DNA from: Octopus bimaculoides
Taxonomy: Eukaryota
Reading direction: 5' to 3'
Assembly: GCF_001194135.2 (NCBI RefSeq)
Contig: NC_068987.1
Location: forward strand, 86,750,137 to 86,787,074
DNA length: 36,938 bases
Made by a program: the position numbers and the translations under genes. Numbering within the stretch: position 1 is the first letter of the stretch; each line of letters opens with the position of its first letter. Shown here one piece after another: positions 1 to 11,057 of the stretch. A model generated the notes under the pieces. That model saw nothing but the letters and a program-made list of their open reading frames with translations. It searched no databases and was not told the origin of the DNA.

Positions 1-66
<66 letters not shown>

Positions 67-110
67 ATGTGTGAGAGAGAGACACACACAAAGTGAGAGA
101 GTGTGTGTGT
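1..110. repeat. (GT)n microsatellite with (GA)/(CA) tail
   Basis: Perfect GT dinucleotide run from base 1; source of the CVCVCV ORF. Confidence 0.97.
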
Positions 111-308
111 TCTTAATCTTTGATATTTATCATAAATGTTTGTTGTTCACTTCGTCTTTTAACAGATACGCTTCTCAAAATTGTCTCGGCAACATGACAT
201 TTCCTTTATATATATTACTAATTTGTTAAAAACTAAAAGTCCTATTTTAAAGTAGTAAAGCAAAATCTAACAGCAAGTTGGAAGTGCTAATATTCATAAA
301 GGTTAAGT

Positions 309-483
309 GGGCGAGCTGACAGAATCGTTACCACACGGCAAGAGAGTTTAAATTCTACCGAGCTCGACTTCGCCTTTTACCTTTCGGTGGTCGATACAAT
401 ATATACTAGTTGAGCACTGAGGTAGGTCTAACTGACTTAGTCCCTTCCTCTAAAGTGCTGGCCTTCTGCCAATATTTGAAACC
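309..483 (+). mobile_element. tRNA-derived SINE, family A (degenerate, internally deleted)
   Basis: Head GGCGAGCTGACAGAATCGTTA, body AAATTCTACCGAGCTCGACTTCGCCTTT, tail GGCCTTCTGCCAATATTTGAAACC; aligns by eye to the better copies at 19611-20248. Confidence 0.8.
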
Positions 484-624
484 AATAATCCTAAACGATA
501 AATCTGGTACTCAAATCACATTGAAGGTAAGGCGGGAAGATTGTGCCTAATCAAACTACTCATACATGTATGTAATTTAGGTTAGGCAAAGGAAAACTAC
601 ATTATTTACATTGGATGGATATGT

Positions 625-775
625 GTCGATTAGATAGAACCCAGTACGCAAACGGTACTGAATTTATCGACCCCGAAAGAATGAAAGGTAAAGTCGACCT
701 CGGCGGAATTTGAACTCAGAACGTAAAGACAGACGAAATACCGCTAAGCATTTCGTCCGGTGTGTTAACGGTTCT
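625..775 (-). mobile_element. tRNA-derived SINE, family A
   Basis: Near-identical to units in 19611-20248 (AAAGTCGACCTCGGCGGAATTTGAACTCAGAACGT...GAAATACCGCTAAGCATTTCG); contains a B-box-like GAGTTCAAATTCC on minus. Confidence 0.92.
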
Positions 776-888
776 TTTTTTAAGCTCCCTCTTAATTTTT
801 CGGTCTAGCACAGAAATGTCCTTCGAGAGCATATCTGACCCCGCCTGTATTCTTCTTTTCCATCATGGATCTTTTCTTTTGCCACTCC

Positions 889-889
<1 letters not shown>

Positions 890-951
<62 letters not shown>
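890..951. repeat. (TAA)n/(TTA)n microsatellite at the 3' end of the RLE element
   Basis: About 20 perfect TTA units. Confidence 0.97.
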
Positions 952-1611
952 GTTTTTTTTTCTTCTTTCTTCAAATGTTTTCCCATTTCTCGCCGAGTGT
1001 TTTCCGTACACCTAGGGCAGATAAACGTTGTATGCATTCCCAATTTACACACGCAAATTCATAGGTAAAACATGTATTTAAGAAAAGAAAAAAAAAATCA
1101 TGAATGGATGTTGTTTTCACAGCGATAATGCTCTTCTCAGTACATGATTCGTTCCAGTTAGCACGATTTTTTGTACTTCCTGTAGAGATGGTAAGCCTGG
1201 TGTCATTTTCAAATAGATTTCAGTACCTTTTTTTATCATTCCTAGAGATCCTACAATCACTGGTATGGTAGTCGCCTTGAGGTGCCACATTTTTTCAATT
1301 TCTATTAGCAAGTCTTTATATTTACTGATCTTGTCAAACTCTTTCGCCGCTATATTATGATCACAGGGAATACTCATGTCAAATAATAAACACGTCTTCT
1401 TTGTCTGATCTTTTATGGTAATATCCGGTTTATTAGCTTTTATAGTCTTGTCGGTATGTACGGGGAAGTCCCAGAGAATCGATACATTTTCTCCCTCAGT
1501 CACAGCTTCAGGATGGTGTTTATACCATTTGTCAGCGCTTTTGATTTTATAATGCTGACATATTGTCCAGTGTAAATACTGGCCAACTCTGTCACGTCTT
1601 GCTTTATATTC
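952..1611 (-). mobile_element. 5'-truncated R4/Dong-like non-LTR retrotransposon (RLE domain + 3' UTR)
   Basis: Open frame 1611-1117 followed by a ~165-nt 3' UTR running directly into (TAA)n; the 5' break also abuts an AAT/GAA repeat. Confidence 0.88.
1117..1611 (-). CDS. C-terminal fragment of the retrotransposon ORF: end of the zinc-knuckle region plus PD-(D/E)xK restriction-like endonuclease (no native start)
   Basis: Frame extends 36 codons upstream of the tracked ORF: EYKARRDRVGQYLHWTICQHY...ILWDFPVHTDKTIKANKPDI...LFDMSIPCD...KEFDKISKYKDL...IPVIVGSLG...HVLRRALSL*. Motifs (YxxRxD, LWD, KPD, D-x-S-I-P, KxxKY, PVIVGxLG) are typical of RLE-clade LINEs; no stops or frameshifts. Confidence 0.88.
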   Translation of the reverse strand, partial: EYKARRDRVGQYLHWTICQHYKIKSADKWYKHHPEAVTEGENVSILWDFPVHTDKTIKANKPDITIKDQTKKTCLLFDMSIPCDHNIAAKEFDKISKYKDLLIEIEKMWHLKATTIPVIVGSLGMIKKGTEIYLKMTPGLPSLQEVQKIVLTGTNHVLRRALSL

Positions 1612-1635
1612 TTCTTCTTCTTATTATTATTATTG

Positions 1636-1729
1636 TTCAGTAGTTTTATTTTTATAACGTGCTTTCACTTCACTACCGAGCGCAGTTCTGTGCGCCTTGG
1701 GTTTGTGCTGTGGTTTGCTGTGGTGCTCT
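1636..1729 (-). mobile_element. 3'-terminal fragment of a second (TAA)n-associated retroelement
   Basis: Unique 94-nt segment ending in AATAAAACTACTGAAC then (AAT)n on minus, bounded by TAA tracts on both sides; I recall it as the 3' UTR of a related Dong-like family but cannot verify this. Confidence 0.55.
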
Positions 1730-1741
1730 TTATTATTATTA

Positions 1742-1795
<54 letters not shown>
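1730..1795. repeat. (TTA)n microsatellite
   Basis: About 21 TTA units with one TTG variant. Confidence 0.97.
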
Positions 1796-1888
1796 TGGAA
1801 TTTACACTTAGCCAATGAAAAATACAGTTATTCTCAAGATAACAGCGCAGAGTCTGGCACATGGCATTGTCTAGCTTTTTTTTTTTTT

Positions 1889-2600
1889 TACACCACATCC
1901 TTTACTGCGTGAAACGTCTTCCATCCCGCCCTTATTCTTTTTGCGATTTCAGCAGCCATATCTCGGCGCATATTTAATGAGCACCCGAAGCAGATCTACT
2001 TCTTTACCTTCCCGATTCCATAGTTTCCACCTCTATTCGGCCTTGTGCGACGCATTCCGACCGCATATATTTTGTTTTCATGTGGTTTATTTTACGACCT
2101 ACTGCCAAACTCTGAGGGTTAAGCTCGGTCAGTATGTCCTGTAGGTGAGTTAGTTGATTGCCATTGATGTTCAATCTACCTGTCCAGACAATATCCTCGA
2201 TGGCCATTTCTAGACGTGCGATAAAGAGCTTTGTAGGAATGGTACCCTCTTGCTTGACACCCCTCTCAATTGCTGGTGGTTATAGTAGGTATACATCTGT
2301 ACTGTATCCAGAATTCACATCTCGGCAGTTTCACGTATTACATCATGACACCTTGCATTCTCAGAGATTTCAAATCTGCTTTCATCGCGATGCTCTCGAA
2401 GTCGTTTTCGTAATCAACAAATGCGATAGGTAGAGGAAGCTTGTATTCGTTCGCTCGTTCTATTACTACGTTAGACTGAATATGTGATCTATTGTATTAT
2501 ATTTCTTACAGAAACCTGCTTGGTCTCTCGGTTGTTGGTAGACGAGGTCTTGTGACTATGATCTTTGTAAACAGCTTATAGAGGTGAAAGAATACTCATT
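1889..2600 (-). mobile_element. Degenerate RTE-clade LINE reverse-transcriptase fragment
   Basis: Frameshifted peptides YKLFTKII, ERANEYKLPLPIAFVDYE, KLFIARLEMAIEDI..LNINGNQLTHL, KINHMKTKYM, AEIAKRIRAGWKTFHAVKD follow the order of RTE RT and thumb domains. Confidence 0.85.
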
Positions 2601-4003
2601 TGATAATGTGTGTTAAATATTATATCATCTGACTTGATAAGACTTGTTCCACGAAAATAGATCAGATGCTGTTGCCAAAAAAATCGGTCAAAATTCTTGC
2701 ATCCTTTTCAAACTTAAACAGATTCATAAGAGTTTATTGCATTCAAATTATATTTCAAGTTAGGAAATTATATACAGCACCGCCCTTGTCTACCAAGTTG
2801 CAAAAATGTATAGAATGTTTAGTTAGGTTTCGTTTGGTTTTTCACTCTGGGAAGCACTTGAGTTGGTCATGTACGGAATGCCCTTGATCATTCATCTGCT
2901 AGATGCTGATTGATTTATGATTGAGAAGCTAAAGGACTGTACATAACGCACCCTACACCATACATATGCAAGAAATGGAACGCGCGCGCAAATCAATGAC
3001 ATTCTTTATTTGCAGATGTTCGGTACATTTTGGCGTGATATACTTAAGAATCAAGAGGAGTGATTTAATTAAGTATTTTCTATCATCAGTTTAATAGAGA
3101 GATTCTTAACTTTCGCTTCGTAATCTAATAACGTAAGTTTATGTAGAGGAGTACGTTGTGCGAATCTTAATATAAGCAGTCGGATCTTAATATAAGCGTT
3201 TCTATAGCTTAGATGCTATCCTTGAGGTCTTCTTGGTAGATCATGTGAAACTACTCCAATGACTACATGACTGCCTTCCATCGCTAATGGTTTTGGCCGG
3301 GCAGTGGATTTATATGCTTAATACGACGATTGATAGACCATATACTGAGTCGATGAGAAAGAAAATAAGATATTGCGGCATTCTATGTTTTTCTAAAGAG
3401 CTAACGGCTAAATGAAGATATCAATACATACCTTCTCCAACCACAGGTTCAATTTGGTGCTCTACGTGTCGTCCGCTATTGATTGGTTAGATATTAATAC
3501 CGTCAATATACGCAGTATTCAACAGAGAATAATAATTCATTACAATGTAATTTTTCTTTAAGTAGGATTGTTGATATAAGCCAGTATTATATTCTGCATC
3601 GCTAGGAAAATTATTGTAAACCAGTGTTATGATTTAAACGGACCGTATTCAATCAGATGAAAAATTTCATTCAGATGGGAAATTTCAAGATCTTGTCGCA
3701 AAATTTCATTATTCTAATATAATATCAACTCCCAGAGTTGTAAAATCAACAACACTCTTCAAACAAACCAAATCTTCACTGAATTACAATCATTGATGTG
3801 TGTAGACAACTAACGAAAACTAAAATTACTGAATCGTTAATAGTATTTTTATAAGTGTTTTTAATGGTTTCTACGCTGCAAAACGTATAAATGATTTCTT
3901 CTTCTTCACATAATATTATTTGTGTTGATGCTAGTTCGCTTTATTACAAGTCGGTTAAATAGCAAATGCAGTAGGACTCTTGACAATATGGGATACATTT
4001 CAA

Positions 4004-4220
4004 AGGCTGCGAGCTTGTAGAATGCTTACCGCACCGAGTAAACTGCTTATCCGTATTTCTTCCTTCTTTATGTTTTGAGTTCAAATACCGCCGAGGTTGA
4101 ATTTGCTTTTCATCCCTTCCGATGTCGATAAAAGAAACACCAATTAAACACTGGGGTCGAAATAATCGATTCCCCTTCCAAAAATTACTGACCTTGTGCC
4201 AAAAATCTGAAACCAATATC
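4004..4220 (+). mobile_element. tRNA-derived SINE, family A (diverged, near full length)
   Basis: GGCTGCGAGCTTGTAGAAT head, GAGTTCAAATACCGCCGAGGTTGA B-box region, ACTGGGGTCGAAATAATCGA body, CCTTGTGCCAAAAATCTGAAACC tail. Confidence 0.85.
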
Positions 4221-4582
4221 ACATATAATACGTTAATGCGTCCATTTTCCATCTAATGTTCAAATCCTATGTGGGTCGGTTTCCAATCCTCTTTCAGTTG
4301 AATGTACCAACGCTTATCATTTGCTACCAACAGAATAAACAACATTATTTATTATTGCTATCAATATCCTTTTCACAACATCCATGTCATTTTATGTCAG
4401 CCATGAGGCTTCAGGTTAGACACCACTACTCAAAACCTTAAGCTGTTATTCTCTATTAGAGTCTCGCATTAATTTATATCTTATGAGCGAAATTTGGTAG
4501 ATAAAAACAGTGCAATAGTCTGTATTCTCTTCTTTCTTATCTATTGTTGACCTAGCCCTTCTTAAAGCGTGCAAGAGCACAT

Positions 4583-4810
4583 ATTAGCCATTCAGAAACG
4601 CAAAAATATCGTTAACTTCACTTGAACATTTACCGTTCCAAATTGCTCTGTAGTCACAGACAACGGAGTAACCAGGTCAGTGATGTAGAGTGCAACAACG
4701 TTCTCGGCGAAAATATCGCAGTTTGGATCGGCGAAAATTTTCGCACCAAATTACAAACCATAAATGTTTAAGTGAAGTTAACGGTCTTTGTGTGTTTCTA
4801 AACGGCTAAT
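4583..4810. mobile_element. MITE-like element with ~50-bp terminal inverted repeats
   Basis: 4583-4632 is the reverse complement of 4761-4810 with 7 mismatches in 50 nt; no ORF inside. Confidence 0.6.
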
Positions 4811-5340
4811 TTATGTCTTCTATTCTACAATCATTTTAATTTCAAAACAGGTATCTCAAATCAAAACACTTGCTATGCAAGTACAAAAATCTGCTAATCT
4901 ATTATCTAGGATTCTTACGTTTTAATCAACCTCAAAAGAATACAACACACACTTCACTTCGCAATGATGCATGAAAGAATGTGCCACGGGACAAATTTAA
5001 AGTGCCTTGACGACTCCTGCCTGTGTATTTACGAAACAAATCCCTTGTCTTTCATAGATAGAAAGGTCAATTCATGTATCCTATACAAAATGCAAGATAA
5101 AATATTGTTTGTCTAACACGACTTGCACTTATACATTTAATATAGTCATACAATACAATTTTATATAAGATGCAATACAGAATCACTATGAAATTCGTCA
5201 CGGTTGAATTATAATTGATTTCGACGTTGAAATTTATATGATGAAGTGTAATATGCTGTTCACAGTTTCCAATATTCAAAAGTATATTCTTGAGAAGAAT
5301 ATGGTGTGATTTTGTAATGCCTGCGCGTTAAAAGAAAATG

Positions 5341-5413
5341 GTGCGCAGTCGGACTGAACCCGAAACCATGTGGTCAGTAAGCAAGCTACTTACCACACAG
5401 CCACTCCTACGCC
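5341..5413 (-). mobile_element. tRNA-like head of SINE family B
   Basis: Minus GGCGTAGGAGTGGCTGTGTGGTAAGTAGCTTGCTTACTGACCACATGGTTTCGGGTTCAGTCCGACTGCG (A-box/B-box-like); matches the head of 19235-19607. Confidence 0.82.
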
Positions 5414-5419
5414 GATGTT

Positions 5420-5690
5420 AGCTTTGGCATGATTTCTACTGCTGAAGTTTCTTCTTAATGCCAATGACATTATAGATTGTACTCGATGCTCTTTTCATGC
5501 CACCGGCACCAGTGAAGTTGCCCTGGAAACATGCAAGACAGAAAACAGCACAGGGAAGTATTTGGGAGCGTATCAAAGTGGGTGGTTTTATGCCAGGTGT
5601 TGAAAGGCTAAAGTATGATAGACAGACAAGCACATGTGCCTCTTCCTACAGAGATACTACATGGCTAAAGGAGATAAAACGAAGTTAGTG
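5420..5690 (-). mobile_element. Degenerate LINE-type 3' region (RTE-like tail)
   Basis: Minus TTGGCATTAAGAAGAAACTTCAGCAGTAGAAATCATGCCAAA resembles the RTE/BovB-type 3' tail as I recall it; heavily decayed. Confidence 0.4.
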
Positions 5691-5751
5691 ATAGAGTGCT
5701 GTAGCAAGCTATGTAGGCACAAAAGGGTAAGCATGAGACAGGATACAGTCA

Positions 5752-5942
5752 AGGCGGCGAGCTGGCAGAAACGTTAGCACGTTGAGTGAAATACTTAGTG
5801 GTATTTTGTCTGCCGTTACGTTCTGAGTTCAAATTCCGCCGAGGTCGACTTTGCCTTTCATCATTATAATCGACTGAATCCCTTTGTCGGTCTTTGTTTG
5901 TCCCCTCTATGTTTAGCCTCTTGTAGCCAATAAAGAAATAAG
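5752..5942 (+). mobile_element. tRNA-derived SINE, family A (central deletion, TAAAGAAATA tail type)
   Basis: GGCGGCGAGCTGGCAGAAACGTTAGCAC head, GTTCTGAGTTCAAATTCCGCCGAGGTCGACTTTGCCTTTCATC, then jumps to ATAATCGACT...TAAAGAAATAAG. Confidence 0.9.
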
Positions 5943-5989
5943 GATACGGTCATTGTAGCATAGCAAGGAATATTTTCTTAAGCGTGTGA

Positions 5990-6600
5990 CGGGGAAGTGA
6001 CAGGTGGTTAGCGATGGGGATAGAAGTGTATGTAGTGAGTGATGAGCAAGGGTGGAGTTGAGGTGGAAGGCAAATTCCAGTGTGGGGATGGTTAATGTGA
6101 GGAATATGCGAGTGGCTCACGAAGGAGCTTAGGTCAGAGTAGTAGGATGATGTGTGGAAGGGAATATTAGGATATATAAGAGCTTATTGGAGGTGGACCA
6201 TCATGGGAGATAATGGATGGCATTGAAGGAGGCTCTTAGAGTGGAGTGTAACAGTAGAGAGTAGTGACTGAAGGTACAGAAAGGTGATAGGTAGAAATAG
6301 TGCGGCCATGGATGGTGACGTATGGAAGTGATTGAGGAGGGGCGAGGACGTTGGGGATGGTGTAGGACGTAAGATGTGCCGGTTGTGGCTGAGATGAGTA
6401 CAGCTAACGTGTAATACCATAGATGGACGAAAGGTGAAAACGGGGCAAACATTTCACCTGTCTGTGAGGTGAGAAAGGGCAGTGGTGACACATACAATCA
6501 CGGCCGAGTGCTTTTAGAATATCATTTTTGCTGTAAGGGACAGGTTTTACCGAGCACGGAAAATCGCCCTTACGTCCCTCCTTTATCATGTCTGTCCTTT
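5990..6600 (-). mobile_element. Highly decayed retroelement fragment, tentatively Penelope-like
   Basis: Strong G/A versus C/T strand skew; faint peptides (GDFPCS, LLNHFHTSPSM) loosely resemble a GIY-YIG region. Weak. Confidence 0.25.
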
Positions 6601-6914
6601 GTCATCTCCGGTGTTTGTCATCTCCGTCCATAGACATCCCCTTCATCTGACTCAGCATACTTGTCTGGAAGCAACAGACCACTAATACCACGCGATCTGA
6701 GTTGATTAATAGAGGCCTAACATCATCAAGCCATTTTGAAGTTTTCTTCTTTCACTTTATTTTCTCTAGATTCCAAGGAATGTTTAAGCCTCATACAGCT
6801 GACTCATTTTGTTATTAAATATAAAAAATGTAAAACTTGCCAAATGTGGTGAGTGCCATGTTTTTCCTTTTGTCACTCGAATATATAAATAAATATGTCT
6901 TTCACTTTTGCTTT

Positions 6915-7217
6915 CTTTCTCTCTCTCTCTCACTCTCTGTTTATACACACACACATACACACACACACACAAACACATATATATATATATACATATTGAG
7001 AGAGAAATAGAGAGACAGATATACATACAGACAGACAGATAGATTGATAGATAGAGATATAGATATACGTAGACTCGTATGTATAATTAAGTATATCTTT
7101 ATCTCTTTATAGATAACCAAATTACAACAGGTATATAGTCCATTTCTTGCTTTATAGTGCATTGTTGTACCATTATAAACTTTTATTCTTTATTTTTATC
7201 TCTGTCTTTCTCTCCTT

Positions 7218-7274
<57 letters not shown>

Positions 7275-7415
7275 AGTTTACATATATAGTGAGAGTGACA
7301 GTCAGACAGACAGACACACAGACAGACAGAGACAGAGTGACAGACGGATAGACACACAGAGAGACAGAAAGACGAACGGACAGATAGCTAGCTAGCTAGA
7401 TAGATAGATAGATAG
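6915..7415. repeat. Compound microsatellite block (CT, CA, AT, GACA, GATA)
   Basis: Directly visible simple repeats at about 6915-7075 and 7200-7415. Confidence 0.93.
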
Positions 7416-8326
7416 AACCATTCAACTCGGTAACTGCTAACTTTATGATATAGCAGCACATATCGAAGGAAGCGTGTATTTCATCTCAAAATGATTCAAT
7501 ATGTAGCACTGGATAGCCATACAAATCATATGAACAGCGTCGGAATTATCGAGTCATACACCTACACATAAAGTTATGAAACATGTATATGAGTTTAAAC
7601 ATTAGAAATTCTTCAACTTTTACCCGTGTCTGCCTCTTAATACGTCTGTGTGTGTTATTTTTTCCTATGCATCTCCGTGTATGTCTGTGTATATGTATAT
7701 ATATATATGTGTGTGNNNNNNNNNNNNNNNNNNNNNNNNNNNNNNNNNNNNNNNNNNNNNNNNNNNNNNNNNNNNNNNNNNNNNNNNNNNNNNNNNNNNN
7801 NNNNNNNNNNNNNNNNNNNNNNNNNNNNNNNNNNNNNNNNNNNNNNNNNNNNNNNNNNNNNNNNNNNNNNNNNNNNNNNNNNNNNNNNNNNNNNNNNNNN
7901 NNNNNNNNNNNNNNNNNNNNNNNNNNNNNNNNNNNNNNNNNNNNNNNNNNNNNNNNNNNNNNNNNNNNNNNNNNNNNNNNNNNNNNNNNNNNNNNNNNNN
8001 NNNNNNNNNNNNNNNNNNNNNNNNNNNNNNNNNNNNNNNNNNNNNNNNNNNNNNNNNNNNNNNNNNNNNNNNNNNNNNNNNNNNNNNNNNNNNNNNNNNN
8101 NNNNNNNNNNNNNNNNNNNNNNNNNNNNNNNNNNNNNNNNNNNNNNNNNNNNNNNNNNNNNNNNNNNNNNNNNNNNNNNNNNNNNNNNNNNNNNNNNNNN
8201 NNNNNNNNNNNNNNNNNNNNNNNNNNNNNNNNNNNNNNNNNNNNNNNNNNNNNNNNNNNNNNNNNNNNNNNNNNNNNNNNNNNNNNNNNNNNNNNNNNNN
8301 NNNNNNNNNNNNNNNNNNNNNNNATG

Positions 8327-8464
8327 GTAATGATGATGATGATAATAATAATAAGTTATTGTAACAATTGTAATAGTTGTAATATTAATAATCAAAATAT
8401 AATCATAAGAAACTAGAATATGAAGGATGTTTATAAAATAGTAATAATAATAATAATAATATTA

Positions 8465-8519
<55 letters not shown>

Positions 8520-8520
8520 T
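8327..8520. repeat. (GAT)/(AAT)n trinucleotide tracts
   Basis: Long AAT runs right of the N-gap. Confidence 0.92.
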
Positions 8521-9379
8521 AAAAATGACAACAACAAAATGAAGAAAAGTAAAGGAAAAAGGAGGAGGAGAAAGTGAAAAAGAAGAGCAATAACAAAAAT
8601 ATAACAAACATACCGACAACAACAAAAGCAACAACTATGGCATAAGATGTGGAATAGGAAGATCTGTCATGACAGACATGGCATGAAGAAGGGAAAAAAA
8701 TAATTTAATAAAAGAAAACAAACGAAATAGATTTGATTAACCGAAATCCATTTCTTCTTTTAAAACCCATTGCTTCAAAATACAGCAATAGTGATTTTTT
8801 GACCCAACAACAAAAGAAATATATTCCAACGGCATTTTATCCAAAAACTGTCTAATAAGTGATATTGCATTCGTCTGTTTATGCCATTTTATTCGTTTTC
8901 AGTTCTGTCTCCCTCTAACACGTATCGTGACCTTTACAATATAGCGTCACCCGTGAAATTGCTGATGAAAGCTTTGTTATTTCATAGTCAGATACGAATC
9001 GACACAAAGCTGTTTGCAGACGAACGCTTTTCTAACTTTTATTCTCATTAATCGTAGTGTTTGAGTTTGCTTCCATTATAACGTTTTGCTTGTGTATATA
9101 CATTTGCACGACTGTGTATGCGAGTTCGTGTGTTTGCCTGTGTTATGAGTATTTATGTGTGTGTGTGTCTCTGTGTGTTTGTGTTTGTCTGTGTGTATTT
9201 CAATATGCGTTTCTGTGTATGTGTGTGTGTGCATAGATACACTTCAGTAAACCAAATCTAGTAAATTCAATTATCGTGAAAACTTGGATGCAATATCCTG
9301 TTAGATACATTGTATACTCACATATGCATGAGTGTATATTTGTGCGTGTTAGTGTAATGCGTACTCGCATGTCTGTGTA

Positions 9380-9578
9380 ATGGCTTGTATATGTATATAT
9401 GTATATACATGCACATATATTTACAAACGTTTCCTTATAGCCACATATATAAAATTAAACTTGTGTTTTCTCTATACATGTATATATATATATTTGTGAG
9501 TCTGTGTGTGTGTGTTTATGTGTGTCTGTGTTTGTGTGTGTGCGTGCGAGTTTCTGTTATATATGTATGTATATATGC

Positions 9579-9610
<32 letters not shown>

Positions 9611-10063
9611 TTCAATTTATACATGCTAAATGTCAAAACACAAGTACACACACACGTATACATATATACATCTCTCACTACCTTTCACCCTCTCACACAC
9701 GCTCTCGTTCTTTCTCTCTCTCTCTTACTTTCTCTCTTTCTCTCTCCCTCTCTCTCTCTCTCTTACTCTCTCCCTTTCCCTCTCTACCAAAACCGTATAA
9801 CGAAATTACCATGATTCAATTTTCGAAAGTTCCAACTTAAAATTTGGCAATATATGTTCCAACAAATGAAATAAAATGGTCAATAAAATCTAACAAGGAA
9901 TTTTCAGAACGTTGTCATTATTTACTTTGATTTTATTTTTCTGAAGTTCTAAATACACCACCAACAAATAACGAAATGTTTTCCAAAGTCTGTGTTATAA
10001 TTGTTTTCTTCAATTGAAATTTACCGATATATGTGTGTTTACTTACGTCCTGCTGGAAAGGTT

Positions 10064-10134
<71 letters not shown>

Positions 10135-10144
10135 NNNNNNNNNN

Positions 10145-10206
<62 letters not shown>

Positions 10207-10232
10207 CATATGCGTTTGTTTGCATATATGTA
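9380..10232. repeat. Compound AT/GT/CT microsatellite blocks
   Basis: Visible at about 9380-9790 and 10066-10232 (10-N gap inside). Confidence 0.9.
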
Positions 10233-10410
10233 TGTATAAGAATTGATAAATAATTGACGTCCACAGGCAGTTCAACATGGTGCCAAACAATCATAAATAA
10301 TCGAAATGCTTAACAGATTATGTACTTAGGTCACTGGGAAGCAACGTGCTCGATCAAATAGCCAATCAGGAGTTGAACTTATATTTTTTAACCTATATAT
10401 GCAAATAATA

Positions 10411-10564
10411 TACTCTTTTACTCTTTTACTCTTTTACTTGTTTCAGTCATTTGACTGCGGCCATGCTGGAGCACCACCTTTAGTCAAGCAAATCGACCCC
10501 AGGAATTATTCTTTGTAAGCCTAGTACTTATTCTATCGGTCTCTTTTGTCGAACCGCTAAGTTA
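10411..10564 (-). mobile_element. SINE family B, 3' portion with (AAAAGAGT)n tail
   Basis: CTTGTTTCAGTCATTTGACTGCGGCCATGCTGGAGCACC...GAACCGCTAAGTTA matches 19235-19380; the tail is a 3x octamer repeat. Confidence 0.9.
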
Positions 10565-11057
10565 TTTTTTTTTTATTTAAGATGGTCTGATATATAGGAT
10601 AGTACTTGCTATCATCACAAGAGAAATGGGGGAAAAAACAATCAAGTGTTGCTTATGAATCATACTTGAAGTTCGACGAGTAGCACAAACGATTAACATT
10701 TCTATTTCAATCATCCTGACAAATCATGTACAAATATTTCTCATTTTTAAAAATCGTCTCAGTATTTAAATGTTTGTATAATCTCTCCTAGATTTCTACC
10801 ATATATATTTTTTCTATGATAGTTATCGAACATTTAAACTTTCGTCATTTCTTATTACTATGATATTTATTGAATATTTGAAATCTCCTCGTTTAATTTT
10901 ATTCTGCAACCTATTGAGTATTCGAGATTTGAGCTTGCTTTATCGCCATGTAACTGTTTCCTGTACATTCGTATACTTTTAGATTATTTTCTTTTATCTA
11001 CCAATTGAAAAATGGCTAATAAACGACATGGATTTTGATAATTTCAAGAGGCAACAC

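Noticed and set aside
3165-3197. Small tandem duplication ATCTTAATATAAGC x2
   Set aside because: Ordinary slippage-type micro-duplication
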